A DNA stretch of 64,000 nucleotides from Auanema rhodensis. Lineage: Eukaryota; Animalia; Nematoda. A program made the position numbers and the translations under genes. Of this stretch, positions 1-13,649 are shown piece after piece (positions within the stretch are counted from its first letter, which is position 1; each line of letters begins with the position of its first letter). The notes beneath the pieces were generated by a model. That model was not told the DNA's origin and made no database searches. It was given only the letters and a program-made list of their open reading frames with translations. Location: assembly GCA_964057225.1 (NCBI GenBank), contig OZ059894.1:16492001-16556000 (forward strand), written 5' to 3'.

Positions 1-1515
1 ACGTACGACTTTTAGAATTAGGAAACTTCGAACTTCTTCGACGATTTGCTTCATATACATTTGTTTTAATATTCAGACTCTTTTTGTTACCAATTTCATC
101 ATCAGGAACTGTAATGTTTCGTCCTGTATCGTTTCCCATGCTCAAAAGTTTATTCGTGTCTTCTTGACTTTTATTGGTCGGAAGATTGCCCACAACTTCA
201 CAGTTCCGACGACGGAAATAATTTTTATCCTGAATATAATTTTAAAAATACAAAAAAAAATTAAAAGCAACCTGGTATCCTGATTGATTCTCACTTGGAA
301 TAAATGGTTTAATTTCTGCTGTATTTACTGCTTGACAGATCTCCTGTGAATTAGAATTAGAAGAGCTATTCCGTACTGTTTTGAATAACTAAAAATTCTA
401 ATTAAGTAAACAACAAATTTAAATCCTACATCGTCCCAAGGCTCAAACCGAGATAAAGTACTATATGATTTATTAAGATGTTCTAACACGTTACGATAAT
501 TCTTATCCTAAATTTTTTTAAATATACGTTGATTTGCTTGGATTACCTGATGTGATGCATTATGGGGTACGCTATTTATAGAAGTAGCTGGCTGGATCGT
601 ATTCAGATCATTTTTGGCTACCTGTCAACAACTACTAAACGAAAGATAATTGATGCTTACTTGGTTTCTGTTTTGTTCACTTTGAATTGGTACGTTGTTT
701 TCAATATCAAACTTATCTTTAACTTTTTTTACAGCTTCATACAATTGATCGATCTAAATCACAAAAATACAATGAAAGAAGATGATCACGTTACTTTGTT
801 CATTATTGAAGGATTTCTTTCATTTATTGACTTAAGTTCATTGAGCAAAGTATCAAATCTCTGTAATTTTGAATTTAAAGAGAGATGAGGGATTGAAGCG
901 TACAGTATTAAATAGGCTACAAGGTTGGTTTATGTCGTAATTTGCTGTACAATCAGTCACTTTCTTTAAAAAAATACTATTCTACTTCTACAAAGCTTTC
1001 TCCTACCTTTTTTAAATCAGGAAGTTTCAAAGATTCGTCTAAAATAAAATACTATTGTTGAATATGATGTACCTTTAAAGAACAACCATTGTGAACACTT
1101 ATTGAATTTACAACTGGTCGAAGAGCATTGCGTCCTGATTGACAATCAAGTCCTGGAGGGGATTTTCGGATATCCGAACATGACGTAAAATCGAGGTTCG
1201 CCGAATTATTTGGATTCTAATAAGTAAAATATGATGATAAACGAACAGATATTTACTGAGGCGGTCCATGTGAGAGATTTGTTTGTATCATTACTGGTAT
1301 GGCTCACTTGATCATTCAGCACAACATTTCCCAGTTTCTCAGCTTGATTGGCGACCTAATGTGTTTAATTAGAAATTAAAAACTAGTGTTTCTACCGTTT
1401 CAATTAAATTATTCACAACACAACTATAAGTCTTATGGTCATTCTCACTAAACTGCATGAACTCCTTGAAGTTTATTTTCTCCGAGTGTGAAAACTGATT
1501 GCTTCTTTGAGTCAT
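1..1515 (-). CDS. Uncharacterised multi-exon protein, low-complexity and S/N/T-rich; 3' end runs off the window
   Basis: ATG at 1515 downstream of a TTTCAACAG acceptor (MTQRSNQFSHSEKINFKEFMQFSENDHK...). A series of short GT-AG introns follows on the minus strand. No recognisable domain. Confidence 0.5.
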
Positions 1516-1851
1516 ACTTAAAATACTATCTTTCTGTTGAAATGAACAGAAAATAATAAGTATATTAGCGTTGATACACTAATTATAAAGCTATAATTTC
1601 AGAAACCATTTACAGAAAAACAATACAAAATGATAAAATGATAAAACAATATCAACACTTGCAAAAGTTTAAAAATACGCTAAATACGAAATATTGCGCC
1701 AACCAGTAGTAGCTTGCATTAAAACTTTGAAAATAATAGCATTTCTATAAACTTGAAAATTGCTAATGTCTTTTCTAGTAAATATATAAAACAAAATATA
1801 AATGAAGCCTAAAACATAGAAATATTTCAATAGTCTTCTTATTTCTCTTTC

Positions 1852-2181
1852 TCATTGAGATATATGATATGGATCTGTTAAACGAAGATCTGTTCCTCTT
1901 AACCGCAAAACTATACCACATTTTTTACCAGATGATAAAATAGGCTCGGCAGTGGATATTTCTTCACTGTTCAATCTTTATGAGACACAAAAATAGAACT
2001 ATTCTCACCTACACTTCTGAGAACTGTGTTTCGATATACAAGCTTTCCATATTTTGCTAAAGTTTTCTATAAATTTGCATTCGAAAGTTTGAGTAAAACT
2101 TCTTTACATACTATTTTTTGACGACTCAAAACGTGTGAGTAAAACTTTCTTCCAATGAATACTGTCATACATTTTATCCAT
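1852..2181 (-). CDS. Small orphan protein (about 66 aa, 4 exons)
   Basis: Phase-consistent splice gives MDKMYDSIHWKKVLLTRFESSKNKNFSKIWKACISKHSSQKCSEEISTAEPILSSDLRLTDPYHISQ*. It could instead be the 3' part of the upstream gene. Confidence 0.35.
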
Positions 2182-2244
2182 CACACCTGAAGTGTAGCCC
2201 ATTTTAAAAATTAGTCATATAATAGAGTATTTAGCGATAATCGC

Positions 2245-2858
2245 TCATAATTTAACTATAACACAAAAAAAAAAAGTTTATTAATACAAGAGTAAAACCA
2301 ATTAGTTGTATCAGTTTGCTTAAAGTACGAATTAGTTTGTTTTGAAAACTTTAGTTTCTCTTCCGTATTTAGTTACGTACGGCTTCATCATCACATTGTT
2401 ATACTGTAAACGTATATTTGTCTTTAGCATAAAACTTTAACATACCTTCTTCCGTGCAAACTTTTCGGCTTTGGTGCCAAAATCGGGATTCTGCTTGGCA
2501 GCCTTAGCATTCTTTCGCACTTTCGTGCCACGCGAATCATTTTTAGCTTTCTTCATTTCAATGGCTTCAATAAGCTGTTCATGAATTGTTCTCTGTAATT
2601 TTCAGAATTAATTAGTTATCTTTAAAAAAAATAACCAATTGTTCGCTAATTCCATGATAAAATTCAACTTGCACAATATTCATTTTCGTAATCTCATTCA
2701 TCATGTTGATAATATCTTGCTTACAGCATACATCCTTTGGAGCGGCATTAGGATCAGCTTCCTCCACTTTTATAATACTATTAGAAGGATCAGTTAAAGT
2801 AATATTCTTAAAAATAAACTTAAATGAGAAAATCCTAAAAAAAAGTTGAACCTACCAT
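2245..2858 (-). CDS. Small basic orphan protein
   Basis: ATG|GT micro first exon, then NITLTDPSNSIIKVEEADPNAAPKDVCCKQDIINMMNEITKM...KKAKNDSRGTKVRKNAKAAKQNPDFGTK. The 3' end is uncertain. Confidence 0.5.
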
Positions 2859-3454
2859 TTTTAGAAAATGCTGGTAAGTGAATGAAAAAAAAAAGTACTG
2901 TTTTAAATTAGGATATCAATAGAGCACGTATTTCGCATCTGATATGGATATCGTAGTAATATATTATCAGTAACCTCAAAACTAATTTCATAATTATATA
3001 TTATATCGATTACTGTCTGGCGAGTTCCAGCTGCCTTTTATTACCGGCAATTTTTGTAGATTTACGATATTAAATGTCCTTATGGGTGCACTTTAAAAAA
3101 AGATTTGCATATACAGTTATCACGTTTCTTTACACTTGAAAGGAAAACGTATACTGTACTGTTATTTTATTTATTTGCAACAATGACTAACTGAATTTAA
3201 TAGTCTAATTTATAACAATAAGGATTATTATGTTACTATATTAATTCTAGTAAGCTTTTGTACGCTTCATTTTCCATCATCAGATTTCGATCACGAAATG
3301 TTCTTTTGTATGTTAGGGGGAATTTGTGTGCACGTGAATGGATAAATTGTTCCCAATCCATCCGGATACCAGATCCTCGGATGCGTGACGACTAGAATGG
3401 GCGGAGCAAAAAACGGGGAAGAAACCATTGGTTCTGCTACTATTTTCTGAAGAA

Positions 3455-5856
3455 ATGAATATTTTTCTGCTTCTTTTTATTATTAGTGATGTAGTCCATT
3501 CACAGGTAAGAAAATTTGATTTGTTTAAAATTGTGTTCATTGGCATAATTGGTTGAAGGTATTTCTAGTTTTTTTTTGTGACAGAATAATTTTGATTTGT
3601 TTTGTTCCTCCAAAGGAATCAGTATTTTGTAAGTTAAATAGCATAATTCTTGTTATCTTAAAACTAAAGTGAAATGAAGAAACTTCGTAAATCTCTACTG
3701 ACCCCTTTCTTTAAAGAAAGTGAAAGACGTAATGTCCGGGATTTACATTAATACCAGACAAACTAAATAGTATTTTCAACTCACAACTATATATATTCAG
3801 AATATGAATCTGTCACCTTTGATGAGTTTATTGACACCAGAAAGCATGGGACGATTTGCAGAAATAGCTTCAGAATTATCAAATATGGCAGCCAATAACA
3901 TGGCGCAAAATGAGAAAGACACTATGTGAGTACTCTATTATATAATACTTTTTCTTTAAATGAAAACTTTTCTTTAATTCGAATAGCTTAAATGACACCA
4001 CTTAAATCGTCTATCTCTTTGTAATAGACGAGAATAGATTAAATGACGGATATGTGAAAGCTAATTCGATTCAATCTATCGTTTCTTCTAGATGAACTGT
4101 TTTCTGAACTTTAGATATTTGAAAAAAATCAATTTTCACATTTCCATGTATTAATTTTTTTCATATTACTTCGAAATTCGAATTCCATATCTCGCTCAAT
4201 TCTGCCAAAAGCATGAAAATTTTGTTCCATTGTCATGTTTGAAAAACCGGATTGTTGGACTGGATAACGTAGCTAATGTATTTCTTGAAATGGCTAATCT
4301 TGCAATTATATCTGTCAGCTATCCTAAACTTTAATGTTCAATCAATAAAATATAATTGACTAATTAAGGGTACACTTAACTATTAGTTATGCGATTTGTA
4401 TTTTTCTTTTGCCGATTCATACGTTTTACAGGAAAAATTCTGAAGCTCCCAAACAAATTGACACTCAGAATGCGAGACCATCGGAAGTTTTGGGACAAGG
4501 TTTATTTTTTTCTGAATTATAAATAAAAACTGAATTTAAGCAATGTCAAATCTTGCGAGTCAGTCTAGAAATGCTTTCATAGGTGCATTGAATCCCCTCA
4601 CTCAAAATCAGAAACCAGTGGAAGAAACTAAAAAAGATGTACAAACTCGTGAGAAATTCATATAGTTTTTTGAACCATTCCACTATTTAACAGCTCCTGA
4701 TGTTACTACAGCAGCAGCACCCAAACAGAAGATTCCTCCTAGGCCAGAAGGAAAAAACAAGAAAAATCATCCCAAAGGTATGTTAATTTAATATTAGGTT
4801 TTATAAAACTTATTTCACTTTTGTGGCTAATGTCTTGTATTTAGCTCAAGCCAAGAAAGAAGATATCCGTCATGCACCAGTTACAACAGCGAAAGTCGCT
4901 GATGCGAACGCAGTTGTATCGGCTCCTAAAACTGATGCGGTTTGATCTAAAAAAGTAGCTGAGTATTCAACTATTGAAAATAATACAGATCATTTCCCCT
5001 GGTACTAACGCTAATGGAGCCAACGGTGGTGAAAACCCACTTCTTCGATTAGCAAGCCAGTTCTTACAAGGTACTTTCTCTGTTAAATTTAAAATTTAAC
5101 TCTATTTATTTAACAGGAAATGGACAAAATGGACAGAAAGGGGGTTTGTATATATTCATATAATATACTTTTTCATGAAGAATGGTTTCCTATCCTTTTT
5201 TTTTTAGAATTACCCCAAATAGGTCTGAAAGATTTCCTTCCTGGAGCAAAAGACAACTTCGGTATTCCAAAAGGCCAAGGTTTTTATTTTAGTTTTCCAT
5301 TTTTAAATTTTAATTTTTCTCAGGATGTTTCCCTTTCTTATCTGAATTTATGCAAGCTGCATATGGAAACTGTCAGCAGGTTCATAAGATGATAAGCAAA
5401 GCTTGTTCAATAATATGATTTTAGGTCGCTGATGAACGAACTTGGGATGCATGGGGTAATGAACTTAAAAATGCTATTTTAACAGGAGAAATTGATTTAA
5501 TGAAAGCCAGGTAGAACATACTAAAATAAAGATTACCTTCTTATTATTATAGTCAAGAAACATGTCGTCGGGGAGCTGAACGTCAACAATGCGCTGCTCT
5601 TCGTCAAGCCATCTCTAACTGCCACATCATCGAATCTCTACAGATTTCAGGACAATTACAAAGAGCAATGAAAAGATGCGAAGAAGTTTCTGGATTGATA
5701 GATCAGGTATGATTTGATTCCAAGAATGTCATATTTTTTCAACTTTTTCAGAATCCAATGGTGATTCTAGGCCAAATGAACAGTTTAATAGGTGGCGAGT
5801 TTGCTCAAGGATTTTTCAATAAATTCTTAGGAGGTGGATCTCAAAACAGTGGATAA
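3455..5856 (+). CDS. Secreted nematode protein with a Cys-containing C-terminal domain (recalls C. elegans OSR-1)
   Basis: Signal peptide MNIFLLLFIISDVVHSQ. Spliced C-terminus GCFPFLSEFMQAAYGNCQQVADERTWDAWGNELKNAILTGEIDLMKASQETCRRGAERQQCAALRQAISNC...GFFNKFLGGGSQNSG*. The family assignment is from memory only. Confidence 0.75.
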
Positions 5857-6209
5857 CATTTATCCATTTTTGCAATATTCGTATTTACTCTACATACTAT
5901 ATAATATACAGAGTATATATAGACTCCAATAAGTTATCATTGTTCATATGTTATAATTAATATTTGTTTTTGTACTTTGATTAAAAAATAAATATAATTG
6001 TTATTTTCTTTGTTTAATCCTAAACTATAATAGATCAAATGATCCTGGGAAAATTGTTCTGAGATAAATTGATATTCGGGTCCTCGTTATATATTCAATT
6101 TGCTCATAACTTTGGAACATTATCATTATACACTCTGTATTAGACTGCTAGCTCGTTGTATTTAATTATTATCTTTAAATATTATATATATATATATATA
6201 GGGATTACG

Positions 6210-6906
6210 ATGAAATCCTTCTTTGTCCTTGTCCTTCTTGCTGTAGTTGGCGCTTCACATGATTTTGAAGATGGTTCTCATCACGAAATCAACCATGATC
6301 ATAGAAATGAAATTAAGCATATTATCAGGTACTCATCTGTGTTTACTTTTTTTTATATTTTATACTAGACATCATCCAAAGTACCGTATCACTCCTGATG
6401 GACCAGTTCCTCATGCTCCCAGTGGCCATGTTTCTCATGTCCCAGTAAATAAAACTCACTTAGCCCACAATAACATAACGGTTGAGGAACATAACAGTCT
6501 TAAGGTTTCATTAATATCAATTTTATACTAAAATGTTTTTTTAGGATGAAATTGTGTACTTGAAGGAACAATATGCCAAGGTTCGCGCAGAATTTAACCA
6601 TTGGATGGTAAAAAGATATATCGTTTTTGAATGGGTTTAATATTTTAAGACTACTCCATACCATCGTACTGTTGTTCTCCCTGCTATAATCGGAAGCTCA
6701 TTCGGATTGCTAACCATTATTCTCTACATTTTGGTTAAGAAATGCTGCAGAGTATGCAAGAAGTACTATTAACGATGTTGACGTTTTTTATATCACTATT
6801 GTTTAGGAAGTGCAGCCGTACCTACATGGGCCGCAGACAACGATATGATGTTAACGACAAGAAGAATCTGTTAGGTCGTAAGCACGAAAGTGACGACGAA
6901 ATTTAA
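6210..6906 (+). CDS. His-rich type I membrane protein
   Basis: Signal peptide MKSFFVLVLLAVVGA, His-rich ectodomain, TM segment VVLPAIIGSSFGLLTIILYILV, juxtamembrane Cys cluster, tail ...DKKNLLGRKHESDDEI*. Five exons in consistent phase. Confidence 0.8.
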
Positions 6907-7085
6907 ACCGAAACTGTAAATACTGTAACCGTGTACCAAAATTATGTTTTATCCACTAATTAGTAACAATATCAAGAGAATTAATAAATTTTTATAATTA
7001 TATTAAACACTGACATACAAAAAACAACAATTACGTCTACCATGACGTTCTCAACAGATAAGATCTAAAAGTTAAAACATACAAG

Positions 7086-8331
7086 TTAAATAGCTTTGGC
7101 TGCTTCGCTCCTGATCAAATCCCAGTTTGACGAAGAGACTGGTTGGGCTTCAGGAATAGAGACTCCGCTGATCCTCATAAAACCCTTAGCATTCTTCATC
7201 TGAGAAGGGAAAATGTTCAACAATAGATTAAAGTTTCACTTACTCCGACAAGGGCGAAACGACCTACTTGTCCTGCGTGAGAAATGGTGGGCATATCAAC
7301 CTCCGTAACAAAATCGCCAAGTTTGCAGAGTTGCACACTGAGTAACATAACAGTAAAATTCAGTAAAAACCTGAATAAACCTGCTGGAATATCCATAGTC
7401 TTGAGCAATGTTAGCAGGAACATTCAAATATTCCAAGGGTTTCGCAGTAGCAATGAATTCACGATGAGCATAGCGCGAAAGGTCAATGAGATCTTGCTGA
7501 AGGTTATAAAACATTAAAACAATATTCAGAAAATAATAACAAGAAATTACATTTGTAAGATCAGTTTCTTTTAATCCTCCTACATCTACAGCAAATGTTA
7601 GTTGTTTAGCTAAATTCGTACTTATGAGAAAACAAGAAATAATTTCAAACAAACGTGTTCGAGAAACCAATGAGGTAGATATATCGAGTTGAATTCCCGA
7701 CTTAAGAACAGCTCCTAGTAAGACTGAGCAGGAGAGCCAATAAGACTATAGATTTTTAGATATTAATAATATTTGAAAACTTTCACGAATTACCTTATTA
7801 AGAGCTTCGATATGTTCATTATTTGTGGTATTGAAATCGATAAATGCTATATCACATTTGTGAGTAACAGGTGCATTTAAACTACTGTATTCAACTGTTC
7901 CTGATTCATATGTAAGCTCCACCAAACCATAGTTGGAGAGTTTATGAACAGACATATCTGAAAAAGCAATAAATGACTTTAAGGACATGAATGTTTCATA
8001 CGTTTGGCACATGTTAACGGAGTTGACTCATTTCTATTAAGAAGATATGCTTTCTGTGATCCACTTTCGTTAACGTTAACAACTATTTTTTCTATATTAT
8101 CTCTACTATTAAAGATTCTAGCTCGTACATCTTTGAATAAATTAGCATCAACAATAACAGGGGCGGAGCTTGCTGAAAACGATTAAAATTTTTGTAAAAC
8201 CAATCAGTCGTCATAAATGTTTTACCAATTTTTTCTTCAACTGTTCTACTAGTTACTGCTGATAACTGTCTTTTTGCCGAAATAAATTGGCCATTCCTTT
8301 TACTACAAGTTTGAATTAACTTCTTCAGCAT
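7086..8331 (-). CDS. mrpl-39: Mitochondrial ribosomal protein mL39
   Basis: Basic transit-peptide-like N-terminus, TGS-like segment (LNRNESTPLTCAK), AYWLSCSVLLGAVL, and ThrRS-like C-terminal DMPTISHAGQVGRF. Confidence 0.8.
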
Positions 8332-8717
8332 TGTGAAGCTAAACTTTTAAATACTTAATTAAAGTTAAAGACCTGTCAAGTAGTTATAAATTAAAAGCTG
8401 ATAAATGCAATATTCAAATAAAAACATTTTCTTCTAATCTAGTACAATCTAATAAGTTTTTAATTAATCTTAAAACATGAACAAAATATTAAAATCTACA
8501 TAAGCAGTCACTGAAGTGCATTATGTTAAAGGTTTCACCCTATTGACTCCTGAGCGGAACGGAGAGAATTTGCCAACAATGCTTGATACATTTCAATCCT
8601 TAGTTACATATACCATAATTTTAAGCTTTTCCTTTGATCATATATACAATATTTTCATTCTAGGGAATCACAACCTAGTTAAGAGGGATATAACCCCTCT
8701 TATCTTTGTTTTTTGTT

Positions 8718-11105
8718 ATGTCTTGGAAACGAAAACAGTTAGAGTTGCAGCGATGCTGTAGACAACGGTTTGAACTCTCCTTTTTGTTTATTCTCTTTGA
8801 CTTTCCTTGTTTTAGATCAGTTAGATATTGCACTGTATTTGTATTGTTTTTCATAGCTCTGTATGGTTTCACTAAATTACATGATCAGGTTTTTTTCTTT
8901 TTTTTTCTTTTTATTATTGTTTGGTGTCTAGGACCCCAACTTATCTGACTATGAGAAGTTCAAACCCAAGGCAAGCGCTTGGGACTCTGAAGAATTAGCT
9001 GGCGGGCCTGATCCCGGAGCAGTCTTTCATCATGGTATTCTTGGTAATTATGAGCCTAAAGAACCAGAGGTACCTTCTGATCAGCCAGGTGATAGCTTAT
9101 GCCATTATCGTTCAATAATACTGAGTTTAGGAGAAAATGGAGAGCCTGTGCAAGTGACTGATGAAGAAGGTCGAAAACTATCTGTTGCTGCAGTCAATGC
9201 ATTTGGCTTTAATACCTACGTTAGTGATATGATATCCATGAATAGAACTGTTCCTGACATCAGAATGGATGAGTAAGACTATTTCATTTTTTAAAACCTA
9301 TTTGACTTCTCAGATGTAAGTATTGGAATTACCCTGAATCTCTGCCCACGGTATCAGTAGTTATTGTTTTTCACAATGAAGGTTGGACACCACTTTTGCG
9401 AACAGTGCATTCAGTACTACTTCGTTCGCCACCACATCTTATTAAGGAGATAGTAATGGTTGATGACGATTCTTCAAAAGGTTTTTTATTTGACATATAC
9501 TTTTTAATATTTTCTTTTCTCTTTTACAGATCATCTCAAACATAAATTAGAAAAGTATATTACAATGTTTAATGGAAAGGTTAAACTTTTCCGAACCGGT
9601 GAGCGCGTTGGGCTTATTAGAGCTCGTACTTTCGGAGCAAAACACTCTACTGCTGATGTTCTCATCTTCTTGGATGCTCATTGTGAAGTAAATACTAATT
9701 GGTTGGCTCCTCTGCTTTCACCTATTAGAAACAACAGGTTTTTAAAATTTGTTTTCTTTTTTTTAAGTTTTATGTTTGAAGGCGTGTCATGACTGTGCCC
9801 GTTATTGATGGAATCGACTCTGATACATGGGCTTATCGTAGTGTTTATGGAAGTGCAAGCAAACATTTTAGGTTTCAAATTATTTCTAGAAACTAATTTT
9901 AATATTCGTAATTTTAGTGGTATTTTTGAATGGGGATTATTGTACAAAGAAACGGAAATCAGTGAGAGAGAAAAAAATAGTCGCAACCATGATAGTATGC
10001 CATTCAGGTTGGTTACTCGTTATAGTTACTCATACTATTATATTATGCTATTGTTCTATAGATCTCCAACTCATGCAGGAGGACTGTTTGCTATCGATCG
10101 TTTGTGGTTCGAAGAACTTGGATTCTATGACGAAGGACTTCAAATTTGGGGTGGGGAACAATATGAATTAAGTTTCAAGGTTTGGATTTTTTTCTTTATT
10201 TGAGAGTTACTGCGATCGGTTCAGATTTGGCAATGTGGAGGTGGAATTTTATTTGTTCCTTGTTCTCATGTAGGACATGTATATCGTTCCCATATGCCAT
10301 ATAACTTTGGAAAACTTTCTGGAAAGCCTGTTATTTCAACTGTAATTTTTTAGTTTGTTACATTATCAATTATCATTATTAATATCAGAACATGATGCGT
10401 GTCATCAAGACTTGGATGGGTGAATATGAACAATACTATTTTATTCGCGAACCTCAAGCTCAAAAAGTAGATCCTGGAGATATTACTGAACAAATAGCTT
10501 TAAAAAATCGTCTTCAATGTAAAGATTTTAAATGGTAAGCAAATTTTTTCAAAATAATGGCATGAGTATTTTTTAAAGGTATATGGATAATGTAGCTTAT
10601 GACGTTCTGAAAAGTTATCCTCTTTTACCTAAGAATGTTGTTTGGGGTGAAGCTCGTAACCCTCACTCTGGTAATTGTTTAGACAGAATGGGAGGAATTC
10701 CTGGACCATTAGGTGCTTTCGGTTGTCATGGGTATGGTGGAAATCAGGTACAAATTGATTTTAATGTTATAAAGCAGTTTTCTTTTTTATTTAGCTTCTT
10801 CGTATAAACGCCGAAGGTCAATTCTCTCAAGGCGAATGGTGTTTAACTCCTCACAATGGAGGTGTACAGGCAAATCATTGCCAAAAGGGAACAGTCAATG
10901 GCCCGTGGATGTACGATGAAGTATGTTTGCTATCTATTAATTAAAATTAATGCTGGCTAAAATATAGCAAACTGGACAAATAATGACAAAATCAAGACAA
11001 TGTTTAACCATCCATCCACGTGTAAACGAAGTTAAGTTGGAACGTTGCGATGCTGAGAATGAATTCCAAAAATTTGTTTGGAAAGAGTTTTATCAAACAA
11101 GTTAG
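8718..11105 (+). CDS. gly-7: Polypeptide N-acetylgalactosaminyltransferase (GALNT7-like)
   Basis: N-terminal [26 protein letters not shown] (DxH), [22 protein letters not shown], and ricin-type lectin domain (CHGYGGNQ) ending WKEFYQTS*. Confidence 0.95.
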
Positions 11106-11330
11106 ATTTCACAATTTATTTACTGGTATACCATTCAAGGAGTATTATATTATCTATTCTCTAGTCTGTTATATTCTTTTTATGCAATAGCATTTTAGTT
11201 TTATCGTTGAATTTATGCCTTATTTTATTCCATATTCATTAATTTTGAATCCAAATAGGGATTTTACTGGCGGTTGCGGGATTTTCTGTGATGATCATAT
11301 GTACAAATTAATAAATTATTTAATTTTTAT

Positions 11331-12238
11331 TCATTTGCACTCATGAACAATACCATCTTTTCCTATCCAAGCTGTACCAGTGTATAACTGTTTTCCATCT
11401 ACGTAACATCTATACACAGATATACCATCGTCCCCACATCTCATATCAACATCACCTACAACACAAGATTAATGAGAAATATTTTTAAGTTGTTACCTTT
11501 TCTCCAAACTGCGTATTTCTTAACATGAAATTGTGTGTCATCAACATTATCACTGTCGCTACCATTGAAGCAGCCTGAATCAAACAGCTTAATAACAATA
11601 ACCAGGTGATGTATGATAACTAACCTTTCGGTTCTACTCTTGCTTTCCAACCCTGTTGTTGAATGTTACAATATTTTAGAAGGTTATTGCCAACAACAAA
11701 ATGCCCGTCTTTCACAACTTTTTTATCGTTTCCTCTGCATCCTTAGAAGCAAAATAAATAAAAAAAAGTTATAAATAATCTAGAAAACCTTTGAATCTTC
11801 TAGAAATACAACAAATTACAAGGTGCCCAACATAGATATCATCGGAAAAATCGGAAAAATCACTACATACACCCACATTAATTGGTTCTTCGCCAGACCC
11901 TGAACTTGAAATTAAACAAAAAATCTAGAAAAGATTTATACCTTCTACTTCAGATTCATTTGTATCTAGGCAGCTGTACTCAACCCCGTTTTCGATGTAA
12001 CTTTTGGTTCCTACATCAAGAACGTGGCCAGAGTCTGTGAGACAATTCAATACCTGAGCAGAAAAGATATACGCAGAATTATGGAACATCAACTTACTTT
12101 AATTTTATCATTTTCACAAATCACTAGAAAATTATCATTTCTGGTCCACTTTTTCCCTTCTGGATAAGTTTTTCCTCCATCTGTACAGGTAGATTCAATG
12201 ACAATAGGTAGAAGAAGAGCATAGAACATAGTATTCAT
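11331..12238 (-). CDS. Secreted Cys-rich protein (MIG-18 / fibronectin type I-like repeats)
   Basis: Signal peptide followed by repeated C-x-D-G-K-x-Y...W modules (CTDGGKTYPEGKKW; CYVDGKQLYTGTAWIG). Confidence 0.65.
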
Positions 12239-12645
12239 GGCTCTAAACATTATTGCAAAATATATGCGAGAGCAGTAGTTAAGAAGACTTTAGATAGTGC
12301 AAAGCAAACCAATATATCCTCAGAATGAGGTGTAATATGATGAATTATATTAACACCTTAGCATCTGACCCGTGCCAGACGAAGCCTTTAAAGTATTTTT
12401 CTATAACTGTCTCTATGATATAAATGATTTCTGTCCAGAATAGTTTGCAAAATAGTTTATAATTCTACAAATTGTTTATGTACATATTGTAAAAACTTAG
12501 ATAAATGATAAATGACGTTCAAAAAAGAATTTTTGAGCAAAGTGTTCATTGAAATAACGGTAATGTAAAACGGTTTTGAGGGAACTAACGATTATAAGCA
12601 GTTGCATATAACAAATGATCTCCACAAGGTAATCCGTTATTGATT

Positions 12646-13552
12646 CTATTGGGGCACTTCGATTTCACCAGAATCCGATGTGCTTTCCTTGATTTTTTGG
12701 TGGACTTCATTGCGAAAATTGTTGACCTTATCGACAACCGTGAGAAAGAATTCTTTAATTTGTACCAAAGTCTTCTGTAATTAGCACATTTGAAATAACT
12801 TAGTGAAAAAAGAACCATACATCATAATCGAAATTTTCATATTTCTCTTTCAAAATTTCCCACAAATTCAAAACATATTCATGAAGTTTCTTATAATGTC
12901 TTTTGAGCTGACAAGTTGAATCACAATCCTGAAAACAAAAACATAGGATATGATCAGTTAGTGAACAAAAAGTTTCAATGAAAATATATTATTTGTATGA
13001 AAGAATAGTGAAAAAAAATAAAATTGAAAAATCATATGCAAACAAACCTTGCTTGGACGGAAAATCTGTGGAACTTTACTAATTTCTGTTACATTTTTGT
13101 TGCAATCGGATACGATTTTAACAACTTTATAAGTTTCAGCCGAAGAGCAATTGAAGGGATTACGCTCGACATCAATGACCTGATATGAAACGTAAATAGA
13201 ATAGAGAACAGAGTCTTACTTTCAAATCAGGGAATTTATTGATCAATACTTTTTCTTCAGGCAAATTTATGATATCGTTATAAGTTAATCCAATAACTGG
13301 ATATCCTCTTAATCTACCTAAGATAATTTCTAAAGTTAAGACTTGAAAATAAACATGTATTACTTTCAGGTAGCGTAAGTTCAGTACGATGTCCGTTGTG
13401 ACAATGAATTACTTCATCATCTGTATCGCACTCACATTCGTCCAGGCATTCGAAGATATAACCTTCACAAAAAAACGAAAATAGTTATAAAAATATAAAA
13501 TATTACCGTTTATCAAAGGAAATACTAGAAATATAAATAAAGGTAGTTGCAT
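12646..13552 (-). CDS. Small secreted protein with LRRNT-like cap, short LRR-like segment and helical C-terminus
   Basis: MQLPLFIFLVFPLING|YIFECLDECECDTDDEVIHCHN...VIGLTYNDIINLP...VIDVERNPFNCS...DCDSTCQLKRHYKKLHEYV...EVPQ*. Confidence 0.75.
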
Positions 13553-13649
13553 TTTAGAAATCAAGCAGCAGTTAAATTTAAAATTATGTCTCTGCTTTGA
13601 AACCTTTCTTTTATATGATGCTGTTAACAACTGACTCCGAATATTAAAC

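Noticed and set aside
12326-12360. let-7-like miRNA (starts TGAGGT)
   Set aside because: The seed is GAGGTG, not GAGGTA, and the hairpin is too short for a pre-miRNA.
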